This document shows, piece by piece, positions 1-10,439 of a stretch of 64,000 bases of DNA. The stretch spans positions 1 to 64,000 of IMG/VR virus record IMGVR_UViG_3300010430_000003, one strand, 5' to 3'. Under the pieces are notes generated by a model. The model saw only the letters and a list, made by a program, of their open reading frames with translations. It did not search any database and was not told the DNA's origin. How positions within the stretch are numbered: position 1 is the stretch's first letter; each line of letters begins with the position of its first letter. This DNA comes from a virus. The position numbers were made by a program, and so were the translations under genes.

Positions 1-216
1 AAAGAAAGTAAAACATATAGTCAACCACAAAAAGAACTGTCAATCGCAAAATCAGTAGCAAAACTATTTGAAGTGTTGCAAAAAATCAATTCCGAAATAA
101 TTAAGATAAGCACGCAGATCGAACGATACGAATCAGAAGAGGTCGTGTTCAGCGAGATCGGTGATGAAGTTTATGACTCAATCCCTGATGAAATATCGAT
201 TGAGAGTGAGGAATGA
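1..216 (+). CDS. hypothetical protein, C-terminal fragment (open at window edge)
   Basis: Frame 1 is open from base 1 to TGA at 214-216 (KESKTYSQPQ...DEISIESEE*). The stop lies 3 nt before the next gene start. No motif recognised. Confidence 0.4.
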   Translation, partial: KESKTYSQPQKELSIAKSVAKLFEVLQKINSEIIKISTQIERYESEEVVFSEIGDEVYDSIPDEISIESEE

Positions 217-219
217 TGA

Positions 220-1980
220 TTGACAGACTACAAAAATCTTAACCCTGTAACAAAAAAATCTTTCAAGCGCAGACTTGAATTTGAGTCAAGTGGAATCTCT
301 CATATTCAAGATGCTGTAATGAAAACTCTCTATGAAGATGAATTAGATCTCGCAGGAGAGTATTCAGGCGTTGTTCTGTCTGTTTTAGGGGAGCCCACTA
401 CTTTCACTGATGCGTTTAAAGCGGCTGTATTAGGGGCTTTAGATTTCGATTTAGATAGTCAATTTTATAAAATTCGTGTGGAACCTATCCACAATATGAT
501 TCCAATGCCTACCTCTGCTGATGATTGTTTACCAATCAACATGCACCACACTTTTTCACAACCAATCGAGAATCTTGATCACGAGGATTTAATGCCCGGT
601 GATATTGTTGTTGTTTCATTTATTGATGGTTCTGGTGTTTTGAATCCGAAGGTTCTTAGAAAAACGCAAAAGAAAGATGTGTCGGTTGTTAATTGGTCTG
701 AGAAATTAAGTCCTGAAAAGTTAAGCGAAGTCAAACCCCAAGAAGTTCAAATCACTAAACCTGCTGGAGATGAGATTGGATCTGGAGTTAAGTGTAAGAG
801 TAATCAAGTTCCAACGGTATTCAATACGGTTGATGAATCTCAATATTCAAGCGACAATGTGTTAAGATGGTTACCAATCATTAGAGGTGTAAGAAACGAA
901 ATAGAAGAAAAAGCTAATATTGACATTTCATATATAAATGATTCTGTTATTCTTGCTTTAATTGATGTTGAGAGTAATGGTAAAACTGGATTGAATTTTG
1001 ATACGAGCATAAGAAAAAACAGATCTGGCAAGAGAGTTAGATCTCAATTCTATGGAATTCTGCAGCAGAGAGATGACAATATTCATTTTGCATATGATTG
1101 GAGAGTTGGAAGGGCTGTCTTGGGAACTTCATTTGCTGCTTCTAATTTAAACAACTTTCCGGGACATCCAAATCAATCTGGTGCTACTAAAATTCACCAA
1201 ACAGTAAGAAAGGGTGGATCAGCGCGCCGGAAGAAAGCTCAACAGAAAGTTATTGATGATATTAAGTCTGGACAAACAAGAGAATTTTCAAATTTTGAGG
1301 AAGCAGGAGCAATGGCTATTACTGTTGCTATGTTAAATTTTCATAGAGCAGTTAAGAGACATGAAAGAATTCCTGATTTAATTGCCTCTTATCATAATGG
1401 GGGAGGAGGAGCAGCGAGTCGTGTGAAAGAACGAGCCCGCGCAGATGGTATTGAATATTTAGCCGCAGCGAAGCTTCTAAAAAAGGAAGGAAAGTTAGCT
1501 GGTATCGCTCCTAATAATGAGAAATATATTGAAGACTTTCTTAGAGATTATAACAAGTATAAACAAAAATTAGGTGAATATAATCCTGATGCTGCAAATG
1601 TTGTGTTAAATGATTGCGAAGAAGAATTTCAATTTGTTGGCCCTATTCCTCCTGAGAGCGATGAAACTTCACAAGCTCTTGTTCAATCTCCTGAGAACAG
1701 TGAGACAACTGAAGAGATAAAAGATAGTGCATCTGTAGTATTAAATAAACTTACTGAAACTTTTGAAGTTGAGTTTGAAAACTTTACTTTAGAAGATTCA
1801 AAATTTGTAGCTCTTTACGTTGTCAATGATGGAAAAATTGATTATGATGAAATTTTTGCTGTAACGAATCAACAGAAAGATTGGCAATCATCTTTTAGTG
1901 GAAAACCGCTATATACTGATGGTACCCCATATACTAAAGAAAGAATGTTTGAGAAGCTAATAGAGAGAGCGAAAGAATGA
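220..1980 (+). CDS. virion-associated protein with SLT-like lytic transglycosylase domain
   Basis: 586-aa ORF with a TTG start. 'LALIDVESNGKTGLNF...SQFYGILQQ...LIASYHNGGGGA' resembles the catalytic E-S, GLMQ-like and AYNxG-like motifs of SLT domains. It heads the baseplate block. Confidence 0.6.
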   Translation: MTDYKNLNPVTKKSFKRRLEFESSGISHIQDAVMKTLYEDELDLAGEYSGVVLSVLGEPTTFTDAFKAAVLGALDFDLDSQFYKIRVEPIHNMIPMPTSADDCLPINMHHTFSQPIENLDHEDLMPGDIVVVSFIDGSGVLNPKVLRKTQKKDVSVVNWSEKLSPEKLSEVKPQEVQITKPAGDEIGSGVKCKSNQVPTVFNTVDESQYSSDNVLRWLPIIRGVRNEIEEKANIDISYINDSVILALIDVESNGKTGLNFDTSIRKNRSGKRVRSQFYGILQQRDDNIHFAYDWRVGRAVLGTSFAASNLNNFPGHPNQSGATKIHQTVRKGGSARRKKAQQKVIDDIKSGQTREFSNFEEAGAMAITVAMLNFHRAVKRHERIPDLIASYHNGGGGAASRVKERARADGIEYLAAAKLLKKEGKLAGIAPNNEKYIEDFLRDYNKYKQKLGEYNPDAANVVLNDCEEEFQFVGPIPPESDETSQALVQSPENSETTEEIKDSASVVLNKLTETFEVEFENFTLEDSKFVALYVVNDGKIDYDEIFAVTNQQKDWQSSFSGKPLYTDGTPYTKERMFEKLIERAKE

Positions 1981-2906
1981 GTAATAAAAAACCTGTAGAA
2001 CTTGGCTTATCAAAACAGAAAAAATCTGAATTAGAAAATACTGAAAGCTATGCGGACGCTGGTATAGGTAAGGGGGTTGGAAATGAAAGACTCCACGAAG
2101 GAATTCCAACTTTCATTCGAGCGGGTTCTGAGACTGTTATAGAAGGTCACAACAACACATGGCTTGTTTTGGGTCGTGACAGGCCCGGTAACCGCCTCTC
2201 AGGCTATGGGGGGAGGGGGGATACCCAAGCAGGTGCAATTGATTTGGTTGTCGGACGCGGCGCTCACATGGCTAAGAGCGTGAACGAAGATGGAGAAAGA
2301 CTTTTTGTTGACCCCAATTTCAAGTTTGATGCTGCTCGGATCCATATCTCCCAGAAAACTGACATTGATAGAAATTTTGATTTAGCTGATGGAACAATAG
2401 GCGATATTCGTGCACGATCCGGCATTGGATTAAAAGCTGATAGTATTAGATTGGTTGCACGAGAAGGAATTAAGATTGTTACTGGTATGGATGGATTCAA
2501 TTCACAGGGCGGTGAGGTCAGTTCTGTGCACGGTATTGATTTGATTGCTAATAATGATGATAGAGATATGCAACCTATCGTGAAGGGCGACAACTTAGTT
2601 GAGGCTTTAGAGAGACAGGCGGAACACTTAAAAGGATTGACTTCAATCGTTGAAACTTTTTTAACTACACAAATGAAATACAATTTATCGACCATGGCTC
2701 ACACTCATATTGCAACGGCCCCCGGCACTCCAACTCTCCCGTCTGTTGAGCTTGTAGCTGCTGGGATCATCGCGCAAGCCCAAATGCTCATTCAGACACT
2801 GGCTTCTTTACCTCTGCATCGTGCTAATGTTGAGATGATGAAAACAAACTATTTGCAGCCGTTTGGTTCAAAGTTTATTAATTCAAGATATAATAACACA
2901 AATTAA
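1977..2906 (+). CDS. hypothetical baseplate-region structural protein (possible hub/spike component)
   Basis: 309-aa ORF with an ATGA overlap to the upstream gene. It is Gly-rich with a repetitive beta-like middle ('IRARSGIGLKADSIRLVAREGIKIVTG'). Position is upstream of gp25-like and J-like genes. The function is positional inference only. Confidence 0.4.
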   Translation: MSNKKPVELGLSKQKKSELENTESYADAGIGKGVGNERLHEGIPTFIRAGSETVIEGHNNTWLVLGRDRPGNRLSGYGGRGDTQAGAIDLVVGRGAHMAKSVNEDGERLFVDPNFKFDAARIHISQKTDIDRNFDLADGTIGDIRARSGIGLKADSIRLVAREGIKIVTGMDGFNSQGGEVSSVHGIDLIANNDDRDMQPIVKGDNLVEALERQAEHLKGLTSIVETFLTTQMKYNLSTMAHTHIATAPGTPTLPSVELVAAGIIAQAQMLIQTLASLPLHRANVEMMKTNYLQPFGSKFINSRYNNTN

Positions 2907-2907
2907 A

Positions 2908-5900
2908 ATGCCAATTACTACAAACGATAAAGCTCTGGTTCCTGACTGGACTCAAATTGAAGCAAATACTCCATATCTCAATCAGAGAAATGGAAGATAT
3001 GAAATGCCATATCAATCAGAATTTGTTTCTACTGGTGGTGATGAACTCAATGAACGATTAAGAATTGCCACGCGAAAGGGAATTCAAATATTAGCAAGAT
3101 ATTATAATAGAACTATTCAAGATCAACAAAACTTAGAACAACTTGTTGATAAGTCTCTAGTGCATACAAAATATTGGATTGATCCGAGACCAACCTGCTC
3201 TTTTATGAGAGTTTTGATTTCAATTGAATTCGATGAGCTTGCCAAACTGACTAAATCATCAGAAGTGCCTTCTGATGAAAGGAGATATATTGCCTCCTTT
3301 AATATTAAAGAAATGTTAGGTGCTTATAAAGGACTATCTTCTTTTTTGAGAAGTTATGGTGAATTAAACAAACATACAAAATATTCATTATATGTTAATA
3401 ATACAAAAATAAATTTAATAAAGGAAGCTGATTATTTCGAGAAATTAATTGAATTCCTAAGTGGGCTATCATCAGAAGAAGATTCTGTCTTAACCCTTCT
3501 GTTTAATGAAAATTTAAGTTTGTTGGATGTCAAAAATACTGAAGAAGAAATTCTGAGAGGTGAATGGCGTAAAATTGTTGATAAAAGATTTTATAATGTT
3601 ATCTCAACTTCTTTTTTGATAAATTATCCTAAAGTCCTAAGAATTGCGGGCAATGGTAGAACTCCGCCGTCCTTAAATGAATTCTTAAATACCTTCATTA
3701 TAGGCAACATCATTCTCAAAGATGATAAGCAGTATATCGAAGATAGAGTTTACGATCCCGTTCAAGAGGCGAAAGATAGAGTAAATGATTTCTACGATGA
3801 TAGGAAAGAAAAAGTTCTCAATGAGATGAGACGTATTGGAGAGATTAAAAGCCCCATCATTGTTGACCTAAATTGCGGAAAGATTCCAATTGGGCAAGCC
3901 ACTGCGGAAGTTGCTAATATTGTTTATAAAACATATCAAAAAAAGAATGTTGAAGATGATGTGTTAAATAACTCAATCATTACAGCAAAATACTTTGATT
4001 CAACAATTAACTTAGGAGACTTTGTTGGTGACAAAGCCGTCAATGATCTTCTTGGATTTGATAATGGGATGCAAGGTCCAACAAATATCAAAGAGTTTTA
4101 TAAAGCTGTTCTAAATCAAATTGATGTTAGAACCCTTACAAATAAATTGATGCAATGTCTTTTTACTGGCGGTGATATTCAAACAGTCTGTGTTGAGTTT
4201 CACAATCCACTTTCATTTAGATTGCCTGACACTTTAAAGATTCCTTCGATTTTTGATTTTATTTCTAAATTAGTATTTAAGCTTCTGTTAGCTCTCGTCA
4301 CAGAGATATTAAAGTGGTTGATGTCACTTATTATCAATGAGTTGAATAAGTGCATTAGAAGTCGTGAACAAGGTGTGGCTGCATTTGAAGATGAGAGGAA
4401 CATCTCAGATTATTTTGGACCTAACATACCAACAGTTACCGACTATTTGTCGGATTCTATAACGGATTTACTGGGAGATGATTCTCTTGTTGATTTTGTA
4501 TCAACTGAGACAGCGCATGATTTTTTGAGAGACGTTATTGATCTTCTAACAATTATTGAGTTCTGCCAACTTGTAAATGGAGAAGCATCTGATGATGTAT
4601 TAGATCTAATTCGCTGCCTCGTCGAAACTAAATACACAGAATTTATGAGTGCTCTTGACACAAATCACAAGATCGAGTCAGTATTTTCAACATTGGGCGG
4701 AGTTATTAATAGTGATTTTTGTGATTCAATTATTGATTCCTTTGCAGATGACGAATCAATATGTCAACCTGATGAAGCCAATCAAGCACTACGTCGTCTT
4801 CTGCAGAATAAAGGAGATAAGATCACTCCTGACCAGATTGACGAACAAATTGAATTGGCTAGAGAGATTAAAAAGGAGCAGGCAGAAATCTATTTAGACT
4901 TGCTCAAAAACAAGGGTGACTTAACCGAAGCACTTCTAGCCGGAGATTCACCAGAAGATTTTGTTAAAAAGCTCTTGCCATGCGCAGAACAAAATGAGCC
5001 AATGGCCCACATGGTTCGATTATTCTTGAACAATGTTGTTGAACCACTCCGAGATTCTCTTACACAAAATATGGCAGATAATGATTTTTTATCTGTTGTG
5101 AGTATATTAGAAGGAATTGAGGATGAAACATATAGGGGTTTAGCAACCTCATATAAGAATATAGCAAAAGTTTATGTTGATGAAGATAAAGTGGTTGTTG
5201 GTGATGTTCGTGTTTCATTTGAAGATTTTTTAGAAGAGTCAGAAACCGTTATGAAAGCGACAACATCTTCAGGGGCACTAAATATTATTCGGAACACAGG
5301 AAACTTCACCCCTGATGTTACTGGCAATGCTCACAAAGATATCTTTAGCAAACACTTTTTAGATAAAATGATTGAGAAGGGTGTGGACGTTCAAGGTCTT
5401 GATCGCAGAGGATTTAGAAATAGTATATCTGATTCTTATCTAGCTGTTCTTAGGGAGATGCTGAGATTGTATTCGGATGATCTCGGTCAATCTTATGTTT
5501 CTACAAAAAAGGAAGAGTTAATAGAGAGCATAGAAGAGTTGTTCGATGAAGAAAAGATTGAATTTCTTGAGAATATGTGGAGAGCAACACAAGAAGATCT
5601 TATCAAGGGGGTATCAACAACATTCTTTGCAGAAGAATGTAAAAGCAGAGATTTTAGAGATTTACAGAAAGTAATATTTGAAATGTGTTTATATCTTTAT
5701 ATTAGAATTCACATTTTTGAGTTTTTCTTTAAAGCGATCTATTCTATAACTGAATATAATTCAGCCGATTGGAATCGGGGCGCTTGGAAGGAATTTTTCA
5801 ATAGACGCATTCAAAACGATGTTGTGATACGGGAAGCAGAAGAATTCATTGAGGATTTAGAAAAGAAAAGAAATTTGGAATTTCCTGATTTTATTAGTGA

Positions 5901-6792
5901 ACAATTCTCAAATATTTCAAATTCTCTTAAAAACACCGATGATATAAACTCTGTATTTAAAAATATTAGAAACACAAGATCGAATACTGGCTCAAAAGTA
6001 TTTATATCAAATATTAGATATATGGATGCATACTCTAATGAGGCTGTTCCAAGATTTTTTGCAGTGCAACTTCTTCAAGAAACTCCACCTTCACGAAATT
6101 TAAAGTTTGATTTAAACTCAAGAATTTCTTGGAATTTAGATGATTTGAACGTGGGTCGATTCTTTCTTGAACGATACATTCGTGTTGTAGATAAACCTTC
6201 AAGTCCCCTCGCCGCTCGCTCTAAAGAACTGAAGGGGGTAGTAAATTTGGATAGATGGCAATCTTCAATCTCTCAAGTTACTGATGGTTCTGATTTTCAA
6301 GAACATTTTGAGAGTTGGTCGTATGGGTTAAGATTGAATATCTTGTGGCCAAAACTTTTTTCAAGTGTTCTTGGTCCAATTAAAAACTTGCCGAACATGA
6401 CAGAGATCTCTGAACTTGAGAAGATCTTTTTCATAAAAGAATTAGATACTGATTTATTTGTTTTACCACTATTAGAGTTCGAGGAAGAGATTCCAAATGG
6501 GCCGACAAATCGGACTCTGGAATATCCAGAGCAAAGGCTGCTGCAACTGATGGTGGAAGGAATCCAGCAATCACAATTGATGGATATTGCCTTTCCATTA
6601 AAGGATATGATATCAATTATGTCTTTAAGAGATTATGATTATTTTAATAAAAATCACTTCGGGGGACAAAGAATATTCGGAGAAACTCTTAAAATATTGA
6701 AATTTGTCATCCAAGGGATAATTAACTTGGAGGACTTTACATATGAGAATAAAGAACTTCAAACAAATTCTAGACGCGGAAGACAAAGTTAA
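2908..6792 (+). CDS. large virion structural protein (about 1295 aa), function unknown
   Basis: Long uninterrupted ORF. The track start at 2863 is a TTG that overlaps the upstream gene by 44 nt. The ATG at 2908, 2 nt after the upstream stop, is more plausible. No named motif recognised. Confidence 0.7.
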   Translation: MPITTNDKALVPDWTQIEANTPYLNQRNGRYEMPYQSEFVSTGGDELNERLRIATRKGIQILARYYNRTIQDQQNLEQLVDKSLVHTKYWIDPRPTCSFMRVLISIEFDELAKLTKSSEVPSDERRYIASFNIKEMLGAYKGLSSFLRSYGELNKHTKYSLYVNNTKINLIKEADYFEKLIEFLSGLSSEEDSVLTLLFNENLSLLDVKNTEEEILRGEWRKIVDKRFYNVISTSFLINYPKVLRIAGNGRTPPSLNEFLNTFIIGNIILKDDKQYIEDRVYDPVQEAKDRVNDFYDDRKEKVLNEMRRIGEIKSPIIVDLNCGKIPIGQATAEVANIVYKTYQKKNVEDDVLNNSIITAKYFDSTINLGDFVGDKAVNDLLGFDNGMQGPTNIKEFYKAVLNQIDVRTLTNKLMQCLFTGGDIQTVCVEFHNPLSFRLPDTLKIPSIFDFISKLVFKLLLALVTEILKWLMSLIINELNKCIRSREQGVAAFEDERNISDYFGPNIPTVTDYLSDSITDLLGDDSLVDFVSTETAHDFLRDVIDLLTIIEFCQLVNGEASDDVLDLIRCLVETKYTEFMSALDTNHKIESVFSTLGGVINSDFCDSIIDSFADDESICQPDEANQALRRLLQNKGDKITPDQIDEQIELAREIKKEQAEIYLDLLKNKGDLTEALLAGDSPEDFVKKLLPCAEQNEPMAHMVRLFLNNVVEPLRDSLTQNMADNDFLSVVSILEGIEDETYRGLATSYKNIAKVYVDEDKVVVGDVRVSFEDFLEESETVMKATTSSGALNIIRNTGNFTPDVTGNAHKDIFSKHFLDKMIEKGVDVQGLDRRGFRNSISDSYLAVLREMLRLYSDDLGQSYVSTKKEELIESIEELFDEEKIEFLENMWRATQEDLIKGVSTTFFAEECKSRDFRDLQKVIFEMCLYLYIRIHIFEFFFKAIYSITEYNSADWNRGAWKEFFNRRIQNDVVIREAEEFIEDLEKKRNLEFPDFISEQFSNISNSLKNTDDINSVFKNIRNTRSNTGSKVFISNIRYMDAYSNEAVPRFFAVQLLQETPPSRNLKFDLNSRISWNLDDLNVGRFFLERYIRVVDKPSSPLAARSKELKGVVNLDRWQSSISQVTDGSDFQEHFESWSYGLRLNILWPKLFSSVLGPIKNLPNMTEISELEKIFFIKELDTDLFVLPLLEFEEEIPNGPTNRTLEYPEQRLLQLMVEGIQQSQLMDIAFPLKDMISIMSLRDYDYFNKNHFGGQRIFGETLKILKFVIQGIINLEDFTYENKELQTNSRRGRQS

Positions 6793-7169
6793 TGGCCTTA
6801 GCACCCAAAATTCCATTATACATAGATGATATCTATGGAGCATATGGCTTAATTGATAATTATCGAGAGTTAATTAAACAGAATCTTAAAATGCTTGTGT
6901 TGACTGCTCCCGGTGAAAGGATGATGGATCCACTATTTGGAGTTGGAATTAGAAACTATCAATTTGAAAATTTTGATCCAATAACGGTTGGTGAAATTAA
7001 AGGGAATATTGTTGCACAAGTAGCGACATATTTACCCTTTGTTTTAATTCAAGAAATTAATGTTAGTTTTAGTGAAACTGATTATATACTTTCTGTATCC
7101 GTTAATTATAAAGTTCCTTCCATCAATTTGACTGACAATGTTTCAATTTCAAGTAATATAGAGAGGTAA
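6792..7169 (+). CDS. baseplate wedge protein, GPW/gp25 family
   Basis: 125 aa. 'LIKQNLKMLVLTAPGERMMDPLFGVGIRNYQFE' matches the hallmark GPW_gp25 core (..iL.T..GER...P.fG..l). TAATG overlap with the upstream stop. Followed by a J-like gene. Confidence 0.8.
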   Translation: MALAPKIPLYIDDIYGAYGLIDNYRELIKQNLKMLVLTAPGERMMDPLFGVGIRNYQFENFDPITVGEIKGNIVAQVATYLPFVLIQEINVSFSETDYILSVSVNYKVPSINLTDNVSISSNIER

Positions 7170-7174
7170 AACTT

Positions 7175-8968
7175 GTGCCTAAGAAATCACCATTAATAAG
7201 ATATACTAGTAGAGATTATGAATCTATTAGAAATGATCTAATTGAATATACTAAAAGATATTATCCAAATACATTTAAAGATTTTAATGAAACATCTTTT
7301 GGTATGTTGATGTTGGAGACTGTTGCTTATGTTGGAGACATCTTATCATTTTATGTCGATTATCAAGCAAATGAAAGTTTCCTAGATACAGCGATAGATT
7401 ATAATAATGTCTTGCGTCATGCAAGGAATATGGGATATAGATATAAGTTAGCAAACTCTTCCATGGGAATGCTCTCGTTTTATGCTCTCATCCCCGCAAA
7501 CACTGTTGGTCTAGGCCCAAACACAAATCTTATGCCTATCCTTAGAAGAGGCTCTCAATTTGCAACACAAGGCGGTGTTAATTTTGTTTTAACAGAAGAT
7601 GTTGATTTTACAAAAAGCACAAATGAAGTTGTTGCCGGTAGAGTTAATGAAACAACCGGTGTCCCAACATCTTATGCTGTCAAAGCAACTGCAAGAGCGA
7701 TTTCAGGTAAGATTCTTCGGAAGACAATTACAGTTGGAGCTTTTGAAAGATTCCGAAGAGTAGAAATAGGCAATCTTCTGGTTGCTGACATTATTAGCGT
7801 TACTGATGATGAGGGACATGAATATTATGAAGTCCCCCACTTGTCACAAGACGTCGTATATCTCCCAGTCCCAAACTACAACTCAGATAAAGAATCGGTT
7901 CCATCAATTCTTAAACCAGTTCCAATCCCAAGAAGATTTACAGTTGAACGTGATGCTGGAAAAGTGTATCTGCAATTTGGATATGGTTCTGATACTGAAC
8001 TAACAACAACATCTGTTGTTGATCCCTCTGAAGTAATTTTAGAATTACACGGACGAAATTTTGTTTCCGATACCTCTTTTGATCCTGCAAAAATTATCAG
8101 CACTGATAAATTTGGTATTACTCCTGCAAATACAACTTTGACAATTGAATATAGAGTCAATACAGCAGATTCTGTAAATGCTGCGGTCGGCACAATTACA
8201 AGAGTTGTTGACCCTGAATTTAAATTTTTAAACAGAAACAATCTATTAAGCTCCGATGTTGATTTTGTGATTCAATCTCTTGAAGTCAATAACGATGAGT
8301 CTTTCGTTGGTGATGTGAGCACTCCATCTTCTGACGAGGTTCGTATTCGAGCTAAGAACTATTTCAGTACCCAAAATAGAGCAGTTACTGCAAAAGATTA
8401 TGAATCACTCATTTATTCAATGCCTCCATATTTCGGAGCAGTAAAGCGGTGTAAAGTTGTTCAAGATAACAATTCATTTAAGAGAAATCTAAATTTATAT
8501 GTTTTGGCGGAAGACACAGAAGAAAAGCTTACAACTGCAAATACAACATTAAAGAGAAATGTTAAAAGCTGGATCAATCGCCATAGAATGATTAATGATA
8601 CAATTGATATTCTTGATGCAAAGGTTGTCGATTTTGCTGTCAGGTTCCAAATCATTCCGGAACTTACATATGATAAACATGATGCTTTAAGAAATGCAAT
8701 TGATGCTTTGCGAGATCTTTTTGAAATTCCTTTAGATATTGGTGAACCAATTAGCATTTCTAAGATCTATAATGCCTTAAACGAAACAGAAGGCGTTGAA
8801 GATACTTTAGATGTTGAGATAGTTGAGAGAGTTGGCTCAAATTATAGCACTATCCGATTTTCATTTGATAAATACATTACATCTGACGGCAGAATGGTTC
8901 GAGGTTTTAAAAATATCTGTTATCAGTTAAAATATCCATTAAGCGATTTGGAAGGAACTGTGATATGA
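7175..8968 (+). CDS. baseplate J-like (T4 gp6 / P2 gpJ class) protein
   Basis: 597 aa with a GTG start. The N-terminus 'YTSRDYESIRNDLIEYTKRYYPNTFKDFNETSFGMLMLETVAYVGDILSFY' is typical of Baseplate_J proteins. It sits directly after the gp25-like gene. Confidence 0.7.
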   Translation: MPKKSPLIRYTSRDYESIRNDLIEYTKRYYPNTFKDFNETSFGMLMLETVAYVGDILSFYVDYQANESFLDTAIDYNNVLRHARNMGYRYKLANSSMGMLSFYALIPANTVGLGPNTNLMPILRRGSQFATQGGVNFVLTEDVDFTKSTNEVVAGRVNETTGVPTSYAVKATARAISGKILRKTITVGAFERFRRVEIGNLLVADIISVTDDEGHEYYEVPHLSQDVVYLPVPNYNSDKESVPSILKPVPIPRRFTVERDAGKVYLQFGYGSDTELTTTSVVDPSEVILELHGRNFVSDTSFDPAKIISTDKFGITPANTTLTIEYRVNTADSVNAAVGTITRVVDPEFKFLNRNNLLSSDVDFVIQSLEVNNDESFVGDVSTPSSDEVRIRAKNYFSTQNRAVTAKDYESLIYSMPPYFGAVKRCKVVQDNNSFKRNLNLYVLAEDTEEKLTTANTTLKRNVKSWINRHRMINDTIDILDAKVVDFAVRFQIIPELTYDKHDALRNAIDALRDLFEIPLDIGEPISISKIYNALNETEGVEDTLDVEIVERVGSNYSTIRFSFDKYITSDGRMVRGFKNICYQLKYPLSDLEGTVI

Positions 8969-10437
8969 TTAAAAGGTATGTAGCCTCAAAAGATGCAACC
9001 ATTACAAATGCATATAAGTATAATAATGATGCTGTTCGTGCTACAGGCAGTAATGTTGGCGGTGCGGATTCTGGCCAAGTCTTTTCTCTATTCGGAAATA
9101 TCTCAACAGGTTCCATTGAAAAATCAAGGATGATTATTCAGTTTCCAGTCAATAATATTGATGCGGATAGAAGTCTAGGACTCGTGCCTGCTTCCGGGTC
9201 AGTCTCATTCTATCTTAAAATGTATAATGTTAAGCATACTGAAACACTTCCAAGAAATTTTATATTAAATGTTTCACCAATTTCATCTAGTGTGGATTGG
9301 GAAGAGGGAGAAGGTTTAGATCTTGACGACTATACTGATTGGGGTCGAGGTTTCGGTGGACAAGGAGTCACATGGTCAACATATGCAAGCTCTACTCTCG
9401 GAGCCTTATCATGGTCAGTTGGCGGAGGAGACTTTTATAATGATCTTCTTTTCTCACAGAGCTTTGAAGAGGGTTACGAAGATTTAAGTATCGATATTTC
9501 TCCTTTAGTAGAAGAATGGATTGACGGGACAAAAGATAATCGTGGTGTTTTGTTATATTTAACCTCTTCACAGGAAAATCATTCTTCATCCATTTCTTAT
9601 TACACAAAACGTTTTTCAATGCGCAAGAGTGAATTTTTCTATTCACGACCTGTCATTGAAGCAGTGTGGGATGATTCCAAGAAAGACAACCGTGGAAATT
9701 TCTATCCGAGTTCATCTTTCCTTCCAGCAGATGATAACTTAAATACAATTTATTTTTATAATTTTGTAAGGGGACAACTTACCAATGTGGCTGGCCTGAC
9801 AGATGATTTAATGTATGTGCGAGTTTTTGAATCATCATCAAATGGTTCTGAAATTACAACAACACCGTCTTCACCTATTACTGGCGGCCTTACATCAGAA
9901 GTTGGAATTTATTCAGCTTCACTTGCAGTTGCAACAAGCGGAACAATGTCAGTTATGTTTGACCGGTGGTATGTTGATACAACAGGCTCCGCGACAAATT
10001 GTGTTCATACTGGAACTATTATTATTGAAGATTGGGCCGCAAACAACACAGCAACAAGAAAAGAGTATGAATTAAAAATCTCCAATCTTAAGAATGAATA
10101 TTCTACTCGTGAACAAGATACTAGGCTAAGACTTTTTACTAGAGAAAAGTGTTGGAATCCATCTATTTATTTGGTAGCTGTAAATGAAACTCCTTTATCG
10201 ATTGTCGATGATATTTATTACAGGGTTATTAGAAGTGCAGATGACAAAGAAGTCGTTGGGTTTGGAACTGGTTCATTAAATGAAACAAGAGTCTCTTATG
10301 ATGTGTCAGGCTCTTATTTTGATTTTGATATGGGAATATTAGAACCTGATTTTGGTTATGAATTTAGATTTGCTATTTATGAAAATGGTAATTACGTAGA
10401 GCATCCATATATTGCAAAGTTTAGAATAGAGGATTAA
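8965..10437 (+). CDS. hypothetical tail/baseplate-associated protein
   Basis: 490-aa ORF with an ATGA overlap to the J-like gene. The call rests on its position after the wedge genes only. Confidence 0.55.
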   Translation: MIKRYVASKDATITNAYKYNNDAVRATGSNVGGADSGQVFSLFGNISTGSIEKSRMIIQFPVNNIDADRSLGLVPASGSVSFYLKMYNVKHTETLPRNFILNVSPISSSVDWEEGEGLDLDDYTDWGRGFGGQGVTWSTYASSTLGALSWSVGGGDFYNDLLFSQSFEEGYEDLSIDISPLVEEWIDGTKDNRGVLLYLTSSQENHSSSISYYTKRFSMRKSEFFYSRPVIEAVWDDSKKDNRGNFYPSSSFLPADDNLNTIYFYNFVRGQLTNVAGLTDDLMYVRVFESSSNGSEITTTPSSPITGGLTSEVGIYSASLAVATSGTMSVMFDRWYVDTTGSATNCVHTGTIIIEDWAANNTATRKEYELKISNLKNEYSTREQDTRLRLFTREKCWNPSIYLVAVNETPLSIVDDIYYRVIRSADDKEVVGFGTGSLNETRVSYDVSGSYFDFDMGILEPDFGYEFRFAIYENGNYVEHPYIAKFRIED

Positions 10438-10439
10438 GA

